From Burkholderiales bacterium (GTDB lineage Bacteria; Pseudomonadota; Gammaproteobacteria; Burkholderiales; SG8-41), in contig JBOIEQ010000004.1 of NCBI GenBank assembly GCA_050741255.1, positions 1-61,648 on the forward strand: DNA of 61,648 nucleotides, given 5' to 3'. A program made the translations under genes and the position numbers. This document shows, piece after piece, positions 21,239 through 29,128 of the stretch. Within the stretch, counting starts at the first letter, position 1, and each line of letters begins with the position of its first letter. Below the pieces are notes generated by a model that had not been told where the DNA came from, did no database searches, and worked only from the letters and a program-made list of their open reading frames with translations.

Positions 21239-22639
21239 TCAGCGGGTAGTGCCGCCCGGTACGCCCTTTTCCGCGAGGTCCCAGTACAGCCCGGCCATGA
21301 TCTGCAGGCCTTCGCGCAGGATGGAGCCCAGCGCGTGCTCGTCCGGCGCGTGCTGGGAACAGCCGGCGTAGGAATGCGGCACCCACAGCGTCGGCAGTCC
21401 CAGCGTCTCGGCGAAGCAGTCGTTCGGCAGCGAGCCGCCGATGTTGGGCAGGATCGCGGGCGCAACACCCGTCGTGCGGCGGATGGACTCGGCGGCCCAG
21501 CGCACCCAGGGATTGTCCGGATCGAGGCGCGTCGCCTGCATGAAGCTCTTGCGCGCCATGCCAATCTGCACGGATTCGAAGCCGTGCGCGTCCAGGTGCC
21601 GGCGCAGGATGGGGATGAAGCTGTCGGGCTCCGAGCCGGCGACGAAGCGGACCTGGCAGGTCGCCGTCGCCTTGCCGGGAATCGCGTTCACCGGGTTGTC
21701 GGGGTTACCCGTGCGGAAGGCGAGGATCTCGAAGGTATTCCACGCATAGACCTTCTCCGCGGCGGACAGTCCCGGTTCGCCCCACCACGCGTCGATCTCC
21801 GGCTCGCCTGCTTCCGGCTGCGGCGTGCAGTCAACGAGCGCCTTCTTCACGCTGGCAGGGATGCTTTCCGGCAGCAGCTCGCGCACCAGCACCTTGCCCT
21901 CGCGGGTGACGATGCTCGCCAGCGCATGCGCGAGCACGACACCTGGATTCGCGAGCAGGCCGCCCCAGTTGCCGGAGTGGTGCGCGCCCTCGCGGAATTC
22001 CACGGTGAAGGTGAGGTTCAGGCAGCCGCGCGAGCCCAGGTACAGCGTCGGCCGCTTCGCCGCGAGGCGCGGACCATCGGAGGCGATCAGCACGTCGGCC
22101 TTGAGTCTCTCCTTGTGCGTTTCGCAGAACGCTTTCAGGCCGGGCGAGCTCATCTCCTCACCGGTCTCCAGCATGAACTTGGCGTTGAAACCCAGCTTCC
22201 CGCGCTCGGCGATCACGGTTTCGAGCGCGGCCATGTTGACCGAATGCTGGCCCTTGTTGTCCGCGGTGCCGCGGCCGTACCAGCGGTCGCCCTCCTGCTT
22301 CAGGATCCACGGCGTGATGCCCTCGCGCCACTGCTCGTCCAGCCCGCGGATCACGTCGCCATGGCCGTAGCCCAGCACCGTCGGCAGCCCGGGATCCTCA
22401 ATGCGCTCGGCGAGGAGGATGGGCCCCACACCTTCGACCGGATTCGGCAGGATCTCCACCTTGAAGCCCATGCGCTCGAAGGCCGGGCGGATCTCGTCCC
22501 GCACATAGTCATCGAGGAACGGCCGGCTCGCCGGCACCTGGCTCTCGGTATGGATCGCCACGCGGCGGGCGAGGTCCTCGGCGAAGCGGCCTTCGTCGAA
22601 ATGGCGGGTGGCGCGGGAGACTGCGGATTCTCGGGTCAT
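21239..22639 (-). CDS. M20-family metallopeptidase/dipeptidase (ArgE/DapE/CPG2-like)
   Basis: 466 aa. ...TVLGYGHGDVIRGLDEQW...WYGRGTADNKGQHS... Host-like high GC. Confidence 0.8.
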   Translation of the reverse strand: MTRESAVSRATRHFDEGRFAEDLARRVAIHTESQVPASRPFLDDYVRDEIRPAFERMGFKVEILPNPVEGVGPILLAERIEDPGLPTVLGYGHGDVIRGLDEQWREGITPWILKQEGDRWYGRGTADNKGQHSVNMAALETVIAERGKLGFNAKFMLETGEEMSSPGLKAFCETHKERLKADVLIASDGPRLAAKRPTLYLGSRGCLNLTFTVEFREGAHHSGNWGGLLANPGVVLAHALASIVTREGKVLVRELLPESIPASVKKALVDCTPQPEAGEPEIDAWWGEPGLSAAEKVYAWNTFEILAFRTGNPDNPVNAIPGKATATCQVRFVAGSEPDSFIPILRRHLDAHGFESVQIGMARKSFMQATRLDPDNPWVRWAAESIRRTTGVAPAILPNIGGSLPNDCFAETLGLPTLWVPHSYAGCSQHAPDEHALGSILREGLQIMAGLYWDLAEKGVPGGTTR

Positions 22640-22659
22640 AATGATCGCCTTACTCGGGT

Positions 22660-23874
22660 ATGGATTTTGAATTTGCCAGTCGCGTGCTTACGCATCACGA
22701 TTCGATCTTATCGAATTTCATCGAACTGTCAGGAGCCATCGTGATCGAGCAAAAGATCAATGAATTCTTCAGTGATGCCGAGGCTACCGGCTTTGGCACC
22801 GGCTGGTGGAGCGGGGTGCTGTCGGCCTTCTTCGGAATTCTCGCCCTGGGGGCGGTGGTGTGCCTGCATTTTCCCCAGGTGCTGACGTCTCCCGAGTTGC
22901 GGGACTACTACCCCATGCCCCTCATGCGCATGCTGATCCAGGGGCTGGTGGTGGGCGCGATCCTCCTGGGTGTCGTGTCCGCGATGCTGCGGAGGAAGAA
23001 AGTCCTCGCGTTGACCGGGATGGTGTTCGCACTGGGCGCGACGCTGCTGGGCGGCGCCAGCGTGCCCATCAACCAAACGCTGGGCAATGGCCCGGCTATC
23101 GGGCTGGACTGGTTCCTGCTCGACATGCTGCTCATGACGATGATCTTTTCGCCCATCGAAGTGCTCTGGCCGGCCTATCCGGAGCAAAACGTCTTCCGGG
23201 CCGACTGGCTGCAGGACATCGTGTACTTCCTGTCCACGCACCTGCCCATCCAGATCACGTCCTTCCTGATCCTGCTGCCCGCCACCCAGATCTCGACCTA
23301 CCTCGCCATTCCCGGCATGGTGGATGCGGTCGGCCGCCTGCCCTGGCTGGTGCAGTTCGTCCTCGCCGTCCTGGTGGCCGATCTCGCCGAGTACGCCATC
23401 CACCGGGCCTTCCACACGGTGCCCTTCCTGTGGCGCTTCCACGCCATCCACCATTCATCGAAGGCGCTGGACTGGTTGGCGGGTTCTCGGGCCCACATCG
23501 TGGAAGACCTCTTGATACGGGGAGGCATGCTGATTCCGATGATGTTCATCTTCTCGCACGAGATCATCGTGGCCTACCTGCTCTTCGTGACCATCCATGC
23601 GACCTGGGCGCATTGCAATTTCCGCCCGACCATCAAGTGGCTGGAGCCCTTCTTGATCCAGCCGAGGTTCCATCACTGGCACCACACCTCACAGAAGGAA
23701 GCGATCGACCGGAACTTCGCCATCCATTTTCCGTGGATCGACAAAATCTTCGGGACCTGTTACTTCCCCGCCGACGGCAGGTGGCCGGATACTTACGGCC
23801 TGCACAACGAGAAAATTCCAGCCACCTTCTGGGGTCAGTTCGTGTATCCGTTTACGGGCAAGAAGACGGGCTAG
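22660..23874 (+). CDS. fatty-acid hydroxylase/sterol-desaturase-superfamily membrane protein, alkylglycerol-monooxygenase (AGMO)-like His boxes
   Basis: 404 aa. N-terminal polytopic region, then EYAIHRAFH...WRFHAIHHSS...WAHCNF...FHHWHHTSQKEAIDRNFAIHFPWIDKIFGT. An alternative start is GTG 22741, preceded by AGGAG. GC is lower than in the flanking genes. Confidence 0.75.
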   Translation: MDFEFASRVLTHHDSILSNFIELSGAIVIEQKINEFFSDAEATGFGTGWWSGVLSAFFGILALGAVVCLHFPQVLTSPELRDYYPMPLMRMLIQGLVVGAILLGVVSAMLRRKKVLALTGMVFALGATLLGGASVPINQTLGNGPAIGLDWFLLDMLLMTMIFSPIEVLWPAYPEQNVFRADWLQDIVYFLSTHLPIQITSFLILLPATQISTYLAIPGMVDAVGRLPWLVQFVLAVLVADLAEYAIHRAFHTVPFLWRFHAIHHSSKALDWLAGSRAHIVEDLLIRGGMLIPMMFIFSHEIIVAYLLFVTIHATWAHCNFRPTIKWLEPFLIQPRFHHWHHTSQKEAIDRNFAIHFPWIDKIFGTCYFPADGRWPDTYGLHNEKIPATFWGQFVYPFTGKKTG

Positions 23875-23880
23875 CGCCAG

Positions 23881-24738
23881 CTAGAAGTTCAAGGAAGTCA
23901 GCCGAACGTCCGCGGGAATTTCCGTGCCCTTGGCCGTGGCATTGACGAGGCCAAGACTTTTCATCGTCTTGACGGTAACGAATCCAAAATCGTATTCGGA
24001 TTGATCGTGGCTCAGGCGCAGGAGATGCGGATGATGGTGATGATTGTTCTGCAGGCAGGCACTGAAGGTCGCAGTGACCGGTAGCCACTCGCCGATGTTC
24101 ATCGCATTATCGTGCTCGTCGTTGTAGCGCCGATATCCGTAGGCCCGATCGTGGGTCCAATAGTTCTGGATCATGTTTACCCAGGTTGCGAATATTCTGA
24201 GGCCGACCCACATGACGAGCGCGAACTTCCAGTCTCGCACCAGCAGCCATAAGAGGGAGAAGCTGAAGAACTGTGAAAACACCGCGAAATAATTGTTCGA
24301 GACGAGCCGGAACGCCCAGGATTTGAAGATCCTGTCGGTGGCAAGGTTCTCATTGCAAGAATACGGAATCAGGCAGAGATACAAGGTTCGCCAAAAGCCA
24401 TCGCTTGCAAGTTTATTGGGGTCCCCGGGATGATCCGAATGTTTATGATGCAAACGATGGCGATTCACCCATTCGATGGGGTCGACGTAGAGACCGAAGA
24501 GGTTGTTGATGATAACGACGAGCTTTATGAACCATTCTTTGTAATCGAGTGAACGATGCGCGATACCCAGGTGAAGCACATCGGCCAGATATAGTCCGGC
24601 CATAAACCAGAAAAAGAAAAAGTACGCTCCGCCTATTGCCAACCCTCCCCAAGGCCCCAAATGAGCCGGCGCGAAAAGCATGCACGCGAGCAGATACAAA
24701 AAAATAATGGAATAGCCAATGACATTGTATATTTTCAC
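23881..24738 (-). CDS. membrane fatty-acid desaturase, Delta9 acyl-CoA/acyl-lipid type
   Basis: 285 aa. Three His boxes: HRSLDY, HRLHHKHSDHPGDPN and NNHHHHP. This is the most AT-rich gene in the window. Confidence 0.8.
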   Translation of the reverse strand: MKIYNVIGYSIIFLYLLACMLFAPAHLGPWGGLAIGGAYFFFFWFMAGLYLADVLHLGIAHRSLDYKEWFIKLVVIINNLFGLYVDPIEWVNRHRLHHKHSDHPGDPNKLASDGFWRTLYLCLIPYSCNENLATDRIFKSWAFRLVSNNYFAVFSQFFSFSLLWLLVRDWKFALVMWVGLRIFATWVNMIQNYWTHDRAYGYRRYNDEHDNAMNIGEWLPVTATFSACLQNNHHHHPHLLRLSHDQSEYDFGFVTVKTMKSLGLVNATAKGTEIPADVRLTSLNF

Positions 24739-24800
24739 TGACGAATCTCCCTGTCATATCCGAACCGAAATTAGAACGCCCTTCAATTAATATGTAAAGG

Positions 24801-24816
24801 GGGAAGACGTCTTTCC
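24801..24816. promoter_or_regulatory. palindrome GGGAAGACGTCTTTCC (perfect 10-bp core AAGACGTCTT) in the divergent desaturase/reductase promoter region
   Basis: Read directly. It lies in a 132-bp AT-rich intergenic region between divergently transcribed genes. Confidence 0.3.
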
Positions 24817-24870
24817 TTTAAGAGAAATTTCCAATCGGGCGGATGACGCTGTTCAACTATTTTTACGCGC

Positions 24871-26118
24871 ATGCGAATTAGAAATTTTCCGAAGTCCGTC
24901 TTTCTGACCGGCGCCACCGGCGTGCTGGGCGGCCGCGTTCTGAAAGACCTTCTTCAATCGACTTCATGCAATATCTATTGCCTGGCGCGCGGCAAAGATG
25001 CCGCGCATTGTCGCGAACGCGTCCGTTCCTTTGTTCGCGTTTATGACAATGAGGGGGCGCTGGAGCAGGAATTCCTCGCGCGCGTCACTGTGATACCCGG
25101 CGATGTAACCCACGAGCGGCTCGGGTTATCGGCACCCAGTTTCGCCAAGCTTCAAAGCTGCACCGATCTCACGATCCACGCGGCGGCCAACACGAGCCTG
25201 CTTCTCAAATACAAACGGCTCGAACCGATCAACGTTCACGGCACCGGTCGCGTAATAGAGTTCTGTCTCGGCACCGCCGAAAAAATGCTCTCGTATGTCT
25301 CCACCTACACGGTAATGGGGGATAAAACTTTCGATAACAGCATTCGCTTTCAAGAGACCGATTTCGATCTGGGGCAGGGATTCAAGCACATGAATTACCA
25401 GCGCTCGAAGTTTCGCGCGGAAGCGATGGTGCGGCGGGCCCAGGAGCGCGGCCTGAAATGGCGCATCTTCCGTCCGGGCCAGATTTACGGCGACTCGATC
25501 ACCGGCGCATATCCACATTCCGAGACGCAGGTCACGGGGCTGTTCTACGATCTCTTCAGAACCGCAATGGACACGCGGGTGATGCCCGAATCGTATATCC
25601 ACTACGATGTCGTTCCTGTGGATTACGTGAGCCGCGGGATCATCGCCCTCTCTGCAGGCATCGACAATTTCTTCGACGTCTATCACCTGACGAATCCAGA
25701 TGTGAAAACTTTCGCCCAGATCATGGGGCTTCTGCGGGAGATCGGTTACCCGATCGATCTGCTGCCCGAGGAAATCTACAAGCAAAGACTTCGACAAGGA
25801 GAAATCACCAAGAACGGCGAGCCCTACGCGAGCACAATGCTAAAGGCCTTCAATCTCTGGTATTTCATCTCCAAGATCAGCTTCTACGGCAGCGCGATGA
25901 CGGACTGCGAGTACACGCGCTCGAAGCTTGAAAATCTGGGAGTGGCCTGTGCGCCAATCGATCGCAAGCTCATCGAAACCTATGTGCAAGCCGGCATCCG
26001 CGAAGGATACTTTCCGCGGCCCCCGCATAGTCACAACCAGAATGCCGCGCGCGCTTCTACCGATTTGGCGGCTGACTTCCCGGCAGGTCTTCTCAGCGCC
26101 GAAGGATCTCCCATATGA
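24871..26118 (+). CDS. thioester-reductase / fatty acyl-CoA reductase-like SDR (NAD_binding_4, 'male sterility' type)
   Basis: 415 aa. Rossmann motif FLTGATGVLGGRV and catalytic YQRSK. Its stop overlaps the next ATG (ATGA at 26115-26118). Confidence 0.75.
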   Translation: MRIRNFPKSVFLTGATGVLGGRVLKDLLQSTSCNIYCLARGKDAAHCRERVRSFVRVYDNEGALEQEFLARVTVIPGDVTHERLGLSAPSFAKLQSCTDLTIHAAANTSLLLKYKRLEPINVHGTGRVIEFCLGTAEKMLSYVSTYTVMGDKTFDNSIRFQETDFDLGQGFKHMNYQRSKFRAEAMVRRAQERGLKWRIFRPGQIYGDSITGAYPHSETQVTGLFYDLFRTAMDTRVMPESYIHYDVVPVDYVSRGIIALSAGIDNFFDVYHLTNPDVKTFAQIMGLLREIGYPIDLLPEEIYKQRLRQGEITKNGEPYASTMLKAFNLWYFISKISFYGSAMTDCEYTRSKLENLGVACAPIDRKLIETYVQAGIREGYFPRPPHSHNQNAARASTDLAADFPAGLLSAEGSPI

Positions 26119-27836
26119 TGAAGTGGTGGGGTTGGGGCGATCCGCAGTTGGCGTTCCCGATGGCCGACAAGCCGAATCTCTGGCCCTGGGCGGCAAAGAA
26201 GCTTGGGATTACGAGTGTCACGCCCACCGCCATGCCCGTCGATCTCTCGTCGATCGAGATCGCTCCTTCGCGCGCGAGCGCTGAGCTGCTCGCCGAACTC
26301 GGCCGGACATTAAAACCCGAACAGATCACACTCGATCCGCTCGAGCGGCTACTTCACAGTTACGGCAAAAGCTTCCCCGACCTCTTCTCCGTTCGAAACG
26401 GAGTCTTACGACGTGCGCCAGACGCTGTTCTCCTTCCGGATTCGCACGAACAAGTAGAAGCTCTCGTTCAGCTCGCGCACCTGCGCAACTTTTGTCTGAT
26501 CCCTTTTGGCGGCGGAACGAACATTGTCGGCGGGATTAATCCCGAAGTCGGCGAAGCACGTCCGATGATGACACTCAGTCTGCGCAACATGAACCGCCTG
26601 ATTTCACTCGATGCGGAATCCCGGACTGCGACGATCGAGGCGGGAGCACTCGGCCCCAAGCTCGAGGCCGATCTGGCGGCACAAGGTCATTCGCTCGGGC
26701 ATTACCCCGACTCTTTCGAATACTCCACCCTGGGAGGATGGCTGGCCACCCGCTCGGCGGGCATGCAGTCAGACGCCTACGGCAAGATCGAGGACATGGT
26801 CGTTTCTATCAAGATGGTCACTCCCTCGGGCACAATCGTCACGAAAGCGGTTCCGTCGTCCTCCGCCGGCCCCGATCTCAATCGCATCATGATCGGATCC
26901 GAGGGCATTCTGGGCGTGATCACCCAGGCGACGGTGCGTGTCCACAAAACACCCGCCATCAAGGATTATCGGGGTTACCTTTTCAGGAGTTTCGAAGGCG
27001 GGGTGCGCGCCATCCAGGAGTGCCTGGACCGCGGTTTCGCACCGAGCATGATTCGGCTTCAGGACAGCGGAGAGAGCGAGCTCGCTTTTAATATGAAAGC
27101 CCCCAAACAGGGGCTTGAGGGCTGGATACAGAATCGAGTGAAGGACTGGCTCAGATTCCGCGGCTACATCGAGCCTTGCATCCTGATCGTTGGCTTCGAG
27201 GGTGAGGAAAATTCGATCGCAGCTACCCGCCGCTCCGTCTTCGGCATCCTGAGGAGTCATGGCGGATTCTCTCTCGGCAAAGGTGTTGGCAAGACATGGT
27301 CGAAGGATAAGTTCAACATCCCCTACCTGCGCGACTACATCATGGACTACGGCTGCATGGCCGACGTTGCTGAGACTTCGACCCTGTGGTCGAAGGTGCT
27401 GCCGCTCCATGCTGGCACGGTTGAAGCCGTGAAGGCGCGCTTCCGGCAGGACGAAGGCACGGGCTACATCGGCTGCCACATCTCCCATACCTACAAAACC
27501 GGCGCTTGTCTCTACTTCACGTTCGCTGCGCGACAACCCAGGGGCAAGGAACTCGAGCATTACTATGCATACAAGGACCTCGTCACCAATACAATCATGA
27601 GCCTGGGCGGCACCCTCAGCCACCACCACGCCGTTGGAATCGAGCATCGCCCCTGGATGAGGCAGGAAGTCTCTCCTGCCGGGCTGCAGGCCCTCCACGC
27701 GCTCAAGGCTTCGCTGGATCCGAATCACGTATTGAATCCAGGCAAGCTTCTGCCGGAGCTCGGCGCTAGCGCAGACCGCGCGGGATCGTCAGCCTCATTG
27801 CGGAACCGTTCCTTCCTTGGAGATCGGGCCGCCTGA
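26115..27836 (+). CDS. FAD-linked oxidase, alkyldihydroxyacetonephosphate synthase (AGPS)-like
   Basis: 573 aa. N-terminal MMKWWGWGD (compare eukaryotic AGPS W-N-G-W-G). FAD-binding IPFGGGTNIVGG. CHISHTYKTGACLYFTFA and LSHHHAVGIEHRPWM (AGPS HHH loop). Confidence 0.75.
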   Translation: MMKWWGWGDPQLAFPMADKPNLWPWAAKKLGITSVTPTAMPVDLSSIEIAPSRASAELLAELGRTLKPEQITLDPLERLLHSYGKSFPDLFSVRNGVLRRAPDAVLLPDSHEQVEALVQLAHLRNFCLIPFGGGTNIVGGINPEVGEARPMMTLSLRNMNRLISLDAESRTATIEAGALGPKLEADLAAQGHSLGHYPDSFEYSTLGGWLATRSAGMQSDAYGKIEDMVVSIKMVTPSGTIVTKAVPSSSAGPDLNRIMIGSEGILGVITQATVRVHKTPAIKDYRGYLFRSFEGGVRAIQECLDRGFAPSMIRLQDSGESELAFNMKAPKQGLEGWIQNRVKDWLRFRGYIEPCILIVGFEGEENSIAATRRSVFGILRSHGGFSLGKGVGKTWSKDKFNIPYLRDYIMDYGCMADVAETSTLWSKVLPLHAGTVEAVKARFRQDEGTGYIGCHISHTYKTGACLYFTFAARQPRGKELEHYYAYKDLVTNTIMSLGGTLSHHHAVGIEHRPWMRQEVSPAGLQALHALKASLDPNHVLNPGKLLPELGASADRAGSSASLRNRSFLGDRAA

Positions 27837-27916
27837 AACTGCGTCAGCGGCCACAACGGTGAGCGCGGTGCCGCAGGCTGGCGGGTGTGGGTTCATATGA
27901 TTCTTGTCGGAAATCA

Positions 27917-28531
27917 ATGATCACGGCCATTGTTGCAGTAGCCGCTTACCTTCTCGGGTCTGTGTCCTTCGCGGTAATTGTGAGCCGCGTGTTCCAGCTA
28001 CCCGATCCGCGCACCTATGGCTCGGGCAATCCCGGCGCAACCAATGTGCTGCGGTCCGGTAACAAATTCGCGGCCGCGCTGACGCTGCTGGGAGACGCAC
28101 TCAAAGGCTGGCTGGCAGTGTGGCTGGCAGAGCGCATCGCGCCTGCCGGTGACGCCGAACTGGCGATGGCCCTTGCGGGCACGCTGTCTGTGCTCGGTCA
28201 CATGTATCCGCTCTTTCACGGGTTTCAGGGCGGCAAGGGCGTGGCAACGGCGCTGGGCGCACTGTTTGGCTTTAGCGTTTACCTCGGGCTGGGTGGGATT
28301 TCGACGTGGATCATTCTCGTGGCGTTTTTTCGCACATCCTCGATTGCATCAATCGCATCGGCTATATGTGCGCCGTTTGTAGCGTGGATGCTATTCGGTT
28401 TTTCTCATCCGGTTTTTGCCAGCGTGGTGCTGTTGGCATTGCTGGTGATTTATCGTCATCGTCAGAACATCAAAAGTATTCTGGCCGGCACGGAAAGAAA
28501 GTTCGGACAAAAAGCCGGGCCTGGCGCTTAA
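27917..28531 (+). CDS. plsY: acyl-phosphate:glycerol-3-phosphate acyltransferase PlsY-family protein
   Basis: ORF 27887..28531, trimmed to ATG 27917: MITAIVAVAAYLLGSVSFAVIVSRVFQLPDPRTYGSGNPGATNVLRSG...HMYPLFHGFQGGKGVAT. Codon usage is atypical for the host, with many A/T third positions. Confidence 0.85.
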   Translation: MITAIVAVAAYLLGSVSFAVIVSRVFQLPDPRTYGSGNPGATNVLRSGNKFAAALTLLGDALKGWLAVWLAERIAPAGDAELAMALAGTLSVLGHMYPLFHGFQGGKGVATALGALFGFSVYLGLGGISTWIILVAFFRTSSIASIASAICAPFVAWMLFGFSHPVFASVVLLALLVIYRHRQNIKSILAGTERKFGQKAGPGA

Positions 28532-28813
28532 GTTGGAACAGATTGGAACCCGGGCAGCGACCGACGTTATCCCTCTTTTGCAGCATTCCGCCAAAGCGAA
28601 ATAACCTGACGCATCAGCACTCGACTCTTCCAAAGAAGAAAATGCGCACAATCCTGATCATCGCGGGTCTTTACCCCTACCCGGTCAAGCGTTGCGCCGG
28701 CGGCGTGGTCTTCGGCCGGAACGTCATCGCGCTGAAAGGCATCGGTCCTACGCTGCGCGTGGGCCAGGCCCTCGCCGAAGAATGGAATTCCTGACGCCGG
28801 GCAGTCCCGAGGT

Positions 28814-29128
28814 TCAGTCGTCGGGGATCTCGATATCCATCAGCGGGGCGTATTGCTGCCCGCCGTGGCCGTCCGGGTCGAGCAGGTCGCCCTGCGAATG
28901 CGGGCGCGGAATCGTCGCCTTGATCGCCAGCGCGGGATCGCAGAAGAAGAGCTTCACCTTCTCCGGCGGCAGGTTGTAGCGCGCGCCGATCACTTCCCGC
29001 GTGATCGCGCCCGAGCGCTTGACGCGCTCGTAGGTCGCGGGCTGCTCGAACATCACGTCGAACGTCAGCTCGAACGGGCCCGCGTTCTTGCTGCGGATCA
29101 GCCGCGCGAGGCTGGCCAGGCTGCTCAT
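28814..29128 (-). CDS. DUF4387-like protein (equivalent to the C-terminal part of AtuA)
   Basis: 104 aa. MSSLASLARLIRSKNAGPFELTFDVMFEQPATYERVK. Its start overlaps the upstream stop (ATGA at 29125-29128). Confidence 0.65.
   Translation of the reverse strand: MSSLASLARLIRSKNAGPFELTFDVMFEQPATYERVKRSGAITREVIGARYNLPPEKVKLFFCDPALAIKATIPRPHSQGDLLDPDGHGGQQYAPLMDIEIPDD

Noticed and set aside
28642-28794. 50-codon ORF MRTILIIAGLYPYPVKRCAGG..., considered as a real small gene or a MOSC N-terminal remnant
   Set aside because: The similarity rests on a single short motif and there is no convincing RBS. It is mentioned only as a possible scar in the island-boundary finding and is not annotated as a feature.
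22640-28813. Annotating the lipid island as a mobile element
   Set aside because: I found no integrase, transposase, tRNA target, terminal inverted repeats or flanking direct repeats. Only the composition shift supports foreign origin, so it is reported as a finding and not as a mobile_element feature.
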